This document shows, in pieces, positions 1 through 11,036 of a DNA stretch of 64,000 nucleotides. The translations under genes were made by a program, and so were the position numbers. The notes beneath the pieces were generated by a model. The model saw only the letters and a list, made by a program, of their open reading frames with translations, did no database searches and was not told where the DNA came from. Source of the DNA: Octopus bimaculoides (Eukaryota); contig NC_068982.1 in NCBI RefSeq assembly GCF_001194135.2, positions 37,050,687 to 37,114,686 on the forward strand. The letters run 5' to 3'. Numbering within the stretch: position 1 is the first letter of the stretch; each line of letters starts with the position of its first letter.

Positions 1-179
1 ATTACACATACACATTTACTTTCTCTTTCTTTTTCCTCAGTTAACTACATATAGAAATATATTAAGCAGAGAACCTTTTTATTATGAATAGCTGAATATT
101 GCTATTACTTAATCCATTATTCTATCAGTGTTTATCAGTGTTTTAATATCAAATTTTGTTTTTTATGGGTTGGATGTGT

Positions 180-345
180 TTGCATGCCACCATTTATCTC
201 AGACTTTCACTATCTCATTGAAACGCCCAACATCCTGAGATCTGTCTTCACTTGCGTCCGCCCCACTGCTCTTCCTCAACTGACATGTAGCACATTTTCA
301 TCCTGTACTTGTTGCTCATTTGCATCACCAGGTCTCTACCAACAG
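180..345 (-). mobile_element. RTE-like LINE 3' remnant
   Basis: Minus-strand peptide remnants resembling the RTE C-terminus (VMRM...KCH...GRGRP...DLRMLG pattern), heavily degenerate. Confidence 0.4.
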
Positions 346-359
346 TTGTCCTTTTCTTT

Positions 360-2130
360 TTATTATTGGCTTGGTTTTGAGGAACTAGCTGTTTCCATAG
401 CCTTCACAAGCTCTCTGAGGCTGGTTGTGATTGATGTAGTTAACATTTCAATCATATGGCAGCAGGACAAAGCATATATAAAGAGAGAATAAGGATGACA
501 TCCTGCAAAGAAGTAGTGGGTAGTGTAGTCTGTGGGAGTGATGGATTCCAGATGGGTGCTGAGAAGAGATGACAAATAAGTCGGGAGTGCCCAAGTGGAT
601 TAGCACAGTCAGTTTCAAGGAAAAGAAACCACTGTAGTAGTGGTAGAAATGCATTAAGAGGTGACAGTATGTCTGGTCAGTCGTTGGAGTGTGTATGCCT
701 ATCAGTTGAGTGATGTTTCTGTGGATGGAGTCTTGGTTGTCTGAACACATAGCAGCAACAGTATCCTAGATGTGGAAACAGTATTCTAATATAGATTTCT
801 CTCGGCTTTGTAAAGTTTGTAGTTGTTGGTGAGAAGTGATGATGGGAGGTGGGGGAATATTTTCTAGTTCTGAATAGGAAGGACATTTTTTATGATGCAA
901 TTTTTACTGTGTTGATATTTATTTGCCATAAGAGATTTTCAGGGTTGGTGAGGTTCAGTATTTGAAGCAAGAATGAGGTTTCTAATTGTGTGATGATTCT
1001 GTTAAGAGATGCGGCAATATTTTGTTGATATGAATTGTGATTGTGTCTGTGCTGTTAAAGTAGAAAAGTTAGTGTGATCTCATTACAGGATAATTTTTGA
1101 CATCTCTGTTCATGATGTTTAGGCTGCATGTAGATGTTTGGGAGAAATGAATGGTGGAATCATTTGTATAGGTGTGTGCTTTGTTGAAGGTGATAGCTAG
1201 TGAGTTGTTGATATATAAGAGCAAGAGCGTAAGTGGGTGGCGGGGAGCAAAGCAGAACACTGGGACACACCAACTTGATAGAATGTTGTTCGAGAAAGCT
1301 CCATGAGCATCCTGACAGTCAGTTTGCTGATGTTGAGTGAAAGAAAAGAGTTGGTCTCCAGTAGATCTGGCTTTATGAAAAATGTATTGAAGGTGGTTAA
1401 AGAGGTACAGAGAATGTTGTTGCTAATGATTGTCTTCATTACCTCTGAGGTGTTGAAAATCCCTCTTGCTCTGCCAATTCTGTTAACAGAGTAAGAAGTG
1501 TTTTGAAGTGACTGGGATACTTTTGTACTTAGCAGGTATGTATGCATGTTGGTAAGCTTTGTGACGTTGAAAGATAGTTTGGGAATTTTACCTAGTGTGT
1601 GTGGTGTGAAGTTCCATCTAAAACAGACAGAAAATGTGGAGGCATTTTCCATAAAATACTTGCTTATAAAATCATTATAGTTGAAGAAAGTTGCTGCAGA
1701 TCCTTCTGGCATGGAACCAATATGATCGACTGTAGCCTGAGATGCAAAGGAGCTTCCATGTTATACAATGCATGAAGACACCCTTCATGGTTTGGATAAT
1801 TATCTTGTAGAAGTTATAGTACAGGATAAAACCCACACAGCGATTTTCTCCAAGCATGATAGATCATATCTTTTTCCTGAACTGCTACAGTGCAGCTATG
1901 AGTGAACCACTTGGGAGGTTTAGTACTGTGTGTTTGGGATATGTGTGAGATGTAGTAGGATATTCTTAAGAGGATGGTTTCAGTCACATCCAATAAATCC
2001 TCTTCTCCACTCCTCAGATTTCCCACACAATGCCTCTTACTGTTATGCAGCATCACTCGTCTTATATTGTTTGATTTTCACACTGAGGGAGAATGAGAGA
2101 GTGGAGGGGAGATCCTTTGTCAGAACAAAA
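360..2130 (-). mobile_element. Degenerate CR1-like LINE (linker, reverse transcriptase, 3' end)
   Basis: Minus-strand remnants: KPPKWFTHSCTVAVQEKD (linker); GVSQCSALL...LLLLYINNSLAITFNKAHTYTNDSTIH (GVPQGS and YADD motifs decayed); IRILFPHLGYC (IRPTLEYCSHIW-like). Many frameshifts. Confidence 0.8.
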
Positions 2131-2139
2131 ACAGCAGTT

Positions 2140-2550
2140 CCTTGAGCATCCACTAACCATTCCCTATTCTAGCAGTTATGCCTTAACTACAGCCACTCCC
2201 AGAACTAATTACTAGATCACCTAGGTAACAAACAATCAACAGTATTCAGAAGTGAGCTGTCTGACTACCTCATGGATTACATTTCGTAGCTGCCCCCTAC
2301 TGCTAGCTACAACTGTACATTTAGAACATCAAAAGCCCTGGTTCTCTGTCAGAGTGCCAGAGATCCCCCTGCATCTTGTTTACCCATTGTTTGCACTGAT
2401 TATGGAGTATTGAGTTTCTGCCCCCCCCCCTTCCTACACATTGAGCAAAACACTGGTGTATGTACTCTCTGTTAGTAATTAGCATGTTGGTCTTTGCCAT
2501 GTTAACCATTAGGTTATTAGTGGTTATTTTATAATTGCTAGAAACCAAGA
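2140..2550 (-). mobile_element. RTE-like LINE remnant
   Basis: VNMAKTNML, CVGRGGGRNSILHNQCKQWVNK (RTE Cys-rich insert) and CYLGDLV motifs on the minus strand. Confidence 0.7.
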
Positions 2551-3639
2551 TCTTAACTCAGAATGCAGGCAAAATAAATCCTGTAAGGTATTTAATTCTC
2601 TGCTATTCTGTTTCTGCACACTTGTATTTCTCTGTGCACTATAATATTATGCATGAAAGCAAGCTCAAATACAATATATAGTCTGAGCAGTATTTTGTGA
2701 AATTTATTAAGTGCACATATAAGATTATAGCTAGATAATTCTTGTTAGTGCTATCACAAAATCTGAACTGAAAGCAAACATAGAGTATTATAAAGGCTAT
2801 GTTTTTGAAGGCGGAATTCACTGTGTGCAATTATTTGAGTTTATTTTAAATTATCAGTGCCTGTGACAAGGACTGTATGAGATGGCTAGATTAACACATT
2901 TTTAAACATGGATACACTTATTTGTAATTATTCAGGTTTCTGAAGTCTGAATCTATCTTATTTGTATCTCAAATTTGTATTTTAAAATGTGATAGACAGA
3001 AAACTGTGCTTTTTAAAAACTCTAGACATAGTTATAAACTTCTCTTTTTATAGAAAGTCTATTTCATTATGATCTTTATGCATCTTTGAAAATTGAATTA
3101 AAGTATATTGTTACAAAAACGAATGTCTTTGGAAAGAAACATTGAATAGAAACATTCTTGTACAATGAAAATGAATATTTTTCCAAGTGAATGCACAATC
3201 TTTGAATAACAGGACTCTAAGAGCACTTACATATATTTGATTCCCATTCATTCTTTTCTAATTCTTTCCACTTATTAATTGAGAATACCTCAGTGAAATA
3301 TTATTTCAGCTGAAGTCAAGGTATTGTATTTTATATTTCTGCAAGGCTAATTCTGATGGTCTGGAAATTACTATTTCAGTTTGGAAATATAGTTATATAT
3401 ACAACTCAAACTATTCTAACTAACCTTTCATAAAATGTAATTCAGTATTAGAAAAGAAAAGAAATGGTGAGCACAATGTACATGAAATTTTTAAAAATAA
3501 AAGTTTAGTATTATAGGATGTCTTATTGCCCATTGTAACATGTTGAGTCCTTTAATGTATGCAGTATATCTAGGGCAAGCCATCCATTTCTAAGATATAT
3601 TTATCAAGAATGGCTGGTGTAGTGATTGACTTGTGCACA

Positions 3640-3800
3640 AAATGCCCACGTGAAATTTTCCCCTCAGATGGAGAAAAGAAACACTTGTGGTCATTTTTAT
3701 TAACTCTCAAAGAGGAGGGGGAGATCATTTCAAGAAATTGAAAATTAGCTTCACAAAAGTAATTTATATGCTGAGGCGAAGTGCTGATCTATATATTTTT
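3640..3800. repeat. Old dispersed repeat of unknown class (related copies at ~15400-15570 and partial ~15780-15840)
   Basis: Visible alignment, e.g. gatcatttcaagaaattgaaaattagcttcacaaaag vs aataatttcaaatctttgagaattaatctcacaaaat. Confidence 0.6.
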
Positions 3801-4164
3801 GTCAATTTTATTTCCCTGTTACTACTTACAACAGTAACGCAGTATTATTTTGTGGGCTTAATTTTGCTGACTTAAACTGGAGCCATTTCAAAGAACATAT
3901 AGTCTTCTGTGTATGCACTTCTGCATGCATATGCACACACAAACACTATCAAAAGTAACTTAAAAGTGTGTGTGTGATTTTATACATATATATGTGCATG
4001 TGGTGTGTATGTATACGTTTCTACAGCAGGATGTCCTCATTACCAGTCCTTACCTGTTTCCAAGCAAGGTAACTTTCCCACATGGCTAGACATGTTTTTA
4101 CAGAATATTGTAAATGAATGACAGTCATTTACAGCATTCATATGATGTCAGGACAAGGGGACTC

Positions 4165-4350
4165 ATGCACACACACACACACACACACACACAAAGGACT
4201 TCTTTCAGTTTCCATCTATCAAATCCATTCTCAAGTTGTTGGTCAGCCTGCAGCTATGGTAGAAGGCACTTGCCTAAAGTGCCATGTAGTGGGACTGAGA
4301 CCAAGAACATGTGGCTAGAAAGCAAACTTCTTAAACACACAGCCATGCCT
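4165..4350 (-). mobile_element. SINE family B, head/core portion ending in (CA)n
   Basis: Reverse complement of the head/core at 7427 and 63100 (ttctttcagtttccatctatcaaatccattc...cacttgcctaaagtgccatg...cacacagccatg). Confidence 0.8.
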
Positions 4351-4408
4351 GTGTCTATTAAAGAAGAAAAAATATCACAAAATGTTGTTTTGCACAAGCA
4401 GCTAAAAT

Positions 4409-4525
4409 GAAAAGGATGAAAGGCTAATCTGACTTCAGTGGGATTTGAACTCAAAACGTCACAAAATATCTTGTGGTATTGCTTCCAGCTCTATATGTTC
4501 TAACAATTCTACCAACTCGTCCCCT
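4409..4525 (-). mobile_element. SINE family A, 5' half (tRNA-derived head)
   Basis: Reverse complement of 22172-22290 (gaaaggatgaaagg...gatttgaactcaaaacgt...attctaccaactcgtcccct). Confidence 0.7.
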
Positions 4526-4550
4526 TAATAATAATGATAATAATAATAAT

Positions 4551-5413
4551 TAAACAAACAACATGTGCAGACAGAAACATTAATGATGCAATGCTACACT
4601 GATCGTATATTGCAGTTCCAGCAAAACAGGTTATTATCAAATAACCAGAGGCAGTTTTTTAAGAGCTTAGGAGGAGAGACAGAAGATAATATACCTCCTG
4701 AAGCAGAGGAAAGCCACCAGTATTGGAATAACATCTGGGGCAAAAGGTTTCCCACAACCACGGTGCTAAGTGAATTCATTCCGTGAGATCCGAACTCCAT
4801 CACCCAGAGGCTCCATAATAGGACCATGTGCACATAACAACAGATGATGTAATTGCACAGGTATCAAAATTGCCAAACTAGAAAGTGGCAGGACCAGACA
4901 GAATTCAAGGCTGACACAGGTGAATTGAGTTGCAATTAGACAATTGCCTACAGAGTGGTGCAGTACTGGAGTGGATTGTAGAGGGGAAAGACAACATTGT
5001 TGATGAAAGATCAAAGGGCAATGAGGTTGACAATTACTGATCCATTGCTTGTCTTAACCTCTTATGGAAAGTGTTAACAGGCATCCTATGGAGACCTGAG
5101 AATTGAGATCACCAAGATGTGGCAGCTATGAGAGTCAAACATAAAGGTTGTCCTTATTGTCATCGGAGCATTGGTTTCAATACCACCCAACCTGAAATAA
5201 CATCTGGAAACTATAGAAATACCTTACAAACTAGGTGTATTGCAAAAATCAGCTTAACTTGGAACTGCACATATATTGTGTAAAGTACTGTATGTCTGAG
5301 GTTCTTGTTGTGACTTGACAGACGGTACAAACCCCTAGTAGATACAATATCTTAAGTCAACATCACGATATTGGATACTGTGTGACATCTTAAATAATAA
5401 CAATAATAATAAT
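4551..5413 (+). mobile_element. R4/Dong-clade non-LTR retrotransposon, 5'-truncated and internally deleted, flanked by (TAA)n
   Basis: QFQQNRLLSNNQRQFFKSLGG...EAEESHQYWNNIWG; AGPDRIQG; NY*SIACLNLLWKVLTGIL; then directly the endonuclease-side C-terminus YGDLRIEITKMW...VVLIVIGAL...LQKSA*LGTAHILCKVL. (AAT)n tail at 5392-5413, (TAA)n at 4526-4550. Confidence 0.8.
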
Positions 5414-5603
5414 CCTTTCTACTAAAGGCCTAAGGCTTGAAATTTGGGGATAGGGGACTAGTCGATTACATTGACCCCAGTGTTTCACTGGTACTTAATT
5501 CATCGACCCTGAAAGTTGACCCTGGCAGAATTTGATTTCAGAACATAAGGATGGATAAAATGCCATTAAACATTTTGCCTGATGCACTCACAATTCTGCC
5601 AGC
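5412..5603 (-). mobile_element. SINE family A, near full length
   Basis: cctttctact...tagtcgattacattgaccccagtg...gaattt...ttctgccagc, the reverse complement of the 22172 copy. Confidence 0.85.
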
Positions 5604-5625
5604 TAATAATAATAATAAAAGGATT

Positions 5626-5657
<32 letters not shown>

Positions 5658-6679
5658 CACACACACACACATACACTAACACATATACATACGCACAGAT
5701 AGATAGATTACTCTTCATTCAATGTCTAAGTTCCATGGAGTGATTATATATTTGTTTCTTTCCATTAAAAATGACACTACATCTTTACAAGTAACCTCAC
5801 TCTTAAACAATTCTGGTCAAGTGATTTTTCAGCGTTAAAATTTATTTACGTAACTCTGTTTGAAGAAATACAACACTAATTAAGTGTTATGTGCTGATGC
5901 TGAATTTTTATTCTCTTTGTGTATTTGGATCTATTTCTGTTTTTATAATTTACTAATGTAATATCTTAGACACTTCTTTTGCTTTGATACAAATATATTT
6001 TATTATTTATCTGCTTCGTTCTGATCAGCTTAGTTTATATCACCTTTGTCCTAAATTCGTTTGTAATACTCTTTCATTTACTAAGAAATTGTTTAAAAAG
6101 TAACAATACCTTAGCAGCATCAGATCTTTCTATCTATTTTATCCTTTGATGTATAGAAATATATTTTATATTTTGATATTTTCTAAGATTTTAGTTTTTT
6201 TACCCTTTCATGTTGTCAACAGCATGCCTTTTATTATGCATACATGATTTTTTATGCTGTTAGCTTCAAGTGTAGAAAACTTGCACAATACATAAGAATC
6301 AAATACTGGCTGTTTGAAAGAAAAAATAAATAACCCTTTTTTTTTGTGTGTGTCTGTCTTCATATATTGTAATGGAAATTATCATTATCACCATCTTACA
6401 TCTATTTTCTTTGTTGGCATTGTTTGGACAGATCATTACATTGAAAAATAGTTCTTATTCAAAATTACTGCCCTTCCAGACAGATCAGGTGACCATGTCT
6501 TGTTCATACATTTCATTTTGGCTTAGTTTCTATAGCTGGATGCCCTTCCTAACACCAATTTATGGAGGTGCATTTTATTGAGACACTAGTATTAGAGAGG
6601 TAATCATGTTCTTGACAAGACTAAAGTATCCGCTGCTTCTTCATTAACAAGTGACCTAGAAAGAGTATTTGAAGTACAT

Positions 6680-6925
6680 TTGGTACTATCCTTTATACAG
6701 AAGCATCACGACAGGAAAGAGAAGTAAAGTGATAAGGATGATGGTGGTTGTTGGTGGGAGGGGGTAAATATAGGTAAGTCCAGTATTATTGCTAATGATA
6801 TGAGCAACATGGTAGAGTGAGTGAAAAGAAGAAAGGGTGAATGACATAGAGATGAAAGGTATCAAAGAGGTGGGTGATGCTGCAAATGTAGACCTAACAG
6901 ACATATTGAATAGCAACCCCAGCTC
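6680..6925 (-). mobile_element. CR1-like LINE 3' remnant
   Basis: ORF 6686-6916 peptide (SPTSLIPF...SLYHVAH...IYPLPPTTT) resembles the CR1 C-terminal region at 400-750; very degenerate. Confidence 0.4.
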
Positions 6926-7022
6926 TCGATATATATCTATACGTTTCGGTGATAAACTAATATGCTTGGTTTTCTCTGAATGGTGGTATAAACCAGTGAA
7001 CTAGAATGCTCGCATCCCTTAA

Positions 7023-7242
7023 CCCTTTCGTTACCAACCCAGCTGAAACTGGCTCTGGCTCTGAGTACAAATGTTTTGTTTTCATAAGTTTTGAATTAAA
7101 ATCTTCCACCAAACCTTAGTCACAATTTATGTTCCTAACACTAGCTGAATGATAACTAAGTTATTTTACTAAATTCTTTGTTATATTTAAAGTAACTGAA
7201 AGAAACACAGACCATCTCAAAATAAATACAATAACGAAAGGG
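7023..7242. mobile_element. piggyBac-type MITE (220 bp)
   Basis: Perfect 11-bp TIRs ccctttcgtta / taacgaaaggg with TTAA on both sides (7019-7022 and 7243-7246). CCC...GGG ends with a TTAA duplication are piggyBac hallmarks; no coding capacity. Confidence 0.85.
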
Positions 7243-7426
7243 TTAAGGGACTTTAGTTCCTTGACTAATTAAATGAAATTGAATTATATATATATCATCA
7301 TCCAGTGTTTTAAATCCAGGTTTTGACCCTGTTAATGGGGATGGTCAAATATACCTCGATGCCATAGCAACTGACCTCACACCATCTCGTCATCTTGCCA
7401 GGTTTTGGGCATCCTCCTATATATAT

Positions 7427-7830
7427 GCGTGGGTGTGTATTAAGAAGCTTGCTTCCAAACCACATAGTTCCAGGTTCAGTCTCACTGTGTGGCACCTTTG
7501 TCAAGTGACTTCTACTGTAGCCTTGAGCTGACCAAAGCCTTGTGAGTGAATTTGGTAGAAAGAAACCTATTGTATATTGTTTGTCTCCTCTGTGTTTAGC
7601 CCCTTGTAGGCAATAAAGAAATAAGAAACCTATCATATATGTATATGTGTATGTCTGTGTTTGTCCCCCACCACTGCTTGACAACTGGTGCTGGTATGTT
7701 TATGTCCCTGTGACTTAGCGGTTCAGCAAAAGAGACCAATAAAATAAATACTGGTGTCAATTCATTCGACTAAAAAGTTCTCCCGGGTGGTGCCCCAGCC
7801 ACAGTCTAATGACTGAAGCAAGTAAAAGAA
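7427..7830 (+). mobile_element. SINE family B, full length, tail type 1
   Basis: tRNA-like head with a B-box-like ggttcagtc, core ggcacctttgtcaagtgacttctactgtagcc, (TA/TG)n hinge, body ending gactgaagcaagtaaaag. Homologous to 59072-59447 and 63100-63486. Confidence 0.85.
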
Positions 7831-7845
7831 AATATAAAAGATATA

Positions 7846-8777
7846 TTAGGTTGTTTCACATGAAATATCACATTTTTAATTGTTATTTCAGTCATTTAAA
7901 AACTCAATTATCTATACCTTGCATTTAATCTTGACCCTTTTTCTTTCCCAATAATATTGGTATACAAAATTCGTACCCACAGACCTTGTGAAAATGGTAA
8001 CAACCAAACTATGTTGAGTGATTTTCTCGTATGAGTACAAACTGGGTCACTCTGCCACAGAAGCTCTACGGAATATCAAGTGGGCCTTTGGTAATGGTTT
8101 TGTTGACATCAGAACTGTTCAGAGATGATTCCAAAGAAATGGATACTCTTTGACAACAGCAGGAGAACAGGACAGTGATTAGATGCAGGAGAGTCATCTA
8201 AACAATGCCCAAACCTACCATTGCACCCTAAAATGTTAGTGGTCACTGTATGGTAGTCTACAAAGAGAGTTATTCATTATTCATTTTTGCAACAAGGAAA
8301 AACAATAACAGCAACATCATATTGCCAGGAAATTGATTGTATGCATGAACATTTGAAAAAGAAACAACCCAGACTAGTGAATAGAGGTTGCCCAATTTTG
8401 CTTCACGACAATGCACATCCTCACACTCTTCAATCTACGGTCCAAAAGTTGCAAAACCTGGATCATGAGATTTTGCAACATCCTTCCTATTCCCCTGATA
8501 TCTCTCCTCCTGATTATCACTTATTTAAGTATTTTAAGCTTTTCATAAGCGATAAAACCTTCTTAAATAGAGAAGAGGTAATTAAAGCATTGGGACAGTT
8601 TATCACAGCAAAAGATGAATTTTTTCTTAAAGATGGAATATATGTCATAGAGAAACATTGGGTAAACGTCATAAATGAACATGGGTCATACTTTGATTAA
8701 ATAAATCAATTCTCTAGCACTTCTGAAACATTTTATTGTTACCTTTCAAATATGACATTTCATATGTAACAACCTAA
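7846..8777 (+). mobile_element. Mariner transposon, Hsmar1/cecropia-like, internally deleted (932 bp), transposase pseudogene
   Basis: About 31-bp TIRs (ttaggttgtttcacatgaaatatcacatttt / caaatatgacatttcatatgtaacaacctaa) with TA on both sides. N-terminal HTH from ATG 7994 (IFSYEYKLGHSATEALRNI) is fused directly to KWILFDN. ORF 8287-8700 has HDNA..(34)..D, SYSPDISPPDYHLF and ends GSYFD. Confidence 0.93.
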
Positions 8778-8874
8778 TATATAGATTAGATAGGTATATA
8801 GATACACACACACACACACACACACACATTTTTACTTCCTCTCCTCTGTTACTACTACTGTTTTTAACTTTTGT

Positions 8875-9422
8875 TTTAGCATACTTGTATGAAAGGGCAT
8901 ATCTTCCTCCAGTATTATGTGTTAATAGTCATCATAGCCCATTCTTACCAATTCCATAAGGCTCATCTTCCTGAAATTTGTCTTCACCACTGCATCCTAA
9001 TCATCTTGAGTTTCCCTCTTCCATTGACTTTGCTCATTTGAGCACCCTGCACTTTTTTAATTCTCTATCCTCCATATGCATCAGGTGCCCATACTAAGAC
9101 AGTCTTCTCTTTTGCACACTACATCTGATATCACTTATACCCAGTTTTTCTTCCAGCTCATTTGTGTCGCCATTCATGCACACTAACACTAGACATATGG
9201 CAGAGTATATTTGTTTCTGGCCTTTGTAATTTCTCTGTATACAAGACCCACATCTCATTATCATGCAACATCACATTTAATACAAAACCATTATATGATC
9301 TTTCCTTCATGCTGGGAGAAACCCTTCATTGCCAGCAGATCTGTGAAATTTTTCTTATCTGTTCTTACATTTTTATTCTGACTATTATAACATCTACTAC
9401 TAATTAGGTCACCTAGGTAACA
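8875..9422 (-). mobile_element. RTE-like LINE 3' portion
   Basis: Minus-strand YLGDL start (ggtcacctaggtaac) and alignment to the better-preserved RTE 3' portion at 48940-49520. Confidence 0.7.
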
Positions 9423-10599
9423 ATTTTAATATTTCATATTGATATGTTAGTCTGTTGCTTATACGCTCAGTTTTACACACAAACACATACACACACACAC
9501 ATACACACACACACATATGTTACTCAAGTAAATTTGAACTGTTTAAAAAATATTCGATTAGATCAAGGAATTCTTGCTGTGAAAGGCATATATCCAAATG
9601 CTCTTTCTACTTCTAGTTCAATTCATAAGAAATAAGTAAAAGAACACTTTTACAATCTGAATTTTCCATTGTAAATAAGATAGTAGTAGTGTGTATAATT
9701 TATGTTCATTTTCAAAATTGTTTATCAGATTTTATTTATTTATTTATTTTTTTGATCCCAAATAATATCTACTATCTTGTGTTTGTGGAATAATGCCAAA
9801 ATATTACATTTAATTATCACTTTTTATATAGATTTAAGAGAAAACACTTGGAAACCTCTTTGCTTATATAAATAACTATTGGTTACCATGCCAACAAGAA
9901 AGTAAGCAGAGTAAATTGACTACAATTTTTAAAAAAATACAAAATACTTAGCCTGCTAAGAAGAAATACCTTTTTTTTTTTTTCACTTTAGACATGGGTT
10001 TAAAATTTTCTTGTAGTTATCTTCTGTGCTCTGAATATTTTCATCATCTGTTCCAAATTTGTAAATTTGTGTTAAGGTGGCTGGAAGATCTATTCTAAAA
10101 CAATGCTCTTTTGAATTAAATAAGTTTCTGTATGATATAACATTACCTGAACTTTAAAAAATATACTTATAAAAAGAGCAATTTCCAACAGACTCATTTT
10201 ACTTTTGTAATTATTAGTGCAAGGAGGAAGCCCAGAAGAAATAGTTTAGTTAAGTAGTTTATTTAGGCCTTCCTAAGCTATCAGAGTCATATAGTTGAGA
10301 GAAACAGGAATAAATGTTAGCACAGTTAATGCTTATTTTGAACTGTTGTTAATTAATTCAATGTACTTCTAGAGAAGTAATGGGCATAACATTTAGTAGT
10401 ATTGATTAGAAAACAAGGCACAGTGTTGATGGGAAAAGGGTGACTGGTAATGAGATGGAAGCAGGATTAAGAAAGTATATTCAAAGGACTAGAAGTGTTT
10501 TAGTAACTTTAGACATAAATATCTTGAGTTTAAAGTTTTGAAGAAGTCAGACTAGCTTATTTATATGATTGATGATTTTTTTTTTTAATTTTAGATAGT

Positions 10600-11034
10600 G
10601 AAGGAGGGTGGCAGAGCAAAAAATAGAAGAGATAAGAGATGTATAACAGCTGAGCTGGTTGGCATGGAAATGCCTCCATTTTAAATTCTCTGAAGAGATT
10701 GACAGCATGTGTGGATGAGTGTATACCAGTCTTGATGAAAATGTTACTGGTGAAGGATTAGTGATTAACAAAATCATCTTCAAGGATGCCGAATCAATTA
10801 TTAGTGATATATCTGAGTACTTATTTACCATGTGGACAAGTATACAATTTCATGTTTTGGAGAATATGTCTTGAGATAGATAGATTAAATGATCGGATAG
10901 AAGTAAAATCTGATAAAAAGCATATTGTCTGATGGCTACTGGATAGACACCAGATGCTTTGAACTGATTTTGGTGCATTTTGTGAGAATTGACTGCAAAG
11001 ATGTTGATGAGGTCAGAGTCCGTAAAAAAGATAA
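10600..11034 (-). mobile_element. Possible CR1-like endonuclease-domain remnant, interrupted by the mariner at 11037 and possibly resuming at 12325-12420
   Basis: Minus-strand fragments SIWCLSSSHQTICFLS, KHEIVYL and THPHMLSIS loosely resemble CR1 APE-domain segments; very degenerate. Confidence 0.35.
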
Positions 11035-11036
11035 TA

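Noticed and set aside
4526-5617. Idea that SINE family A is mobilised by the R4/Dong element because both border TAA tracts
   Set aside because: The tails have opposite polarity ((ATT)n on the SINE sense strand vs (AAT)n on the LINE sense strand) and no shared 3' sequence is visible.
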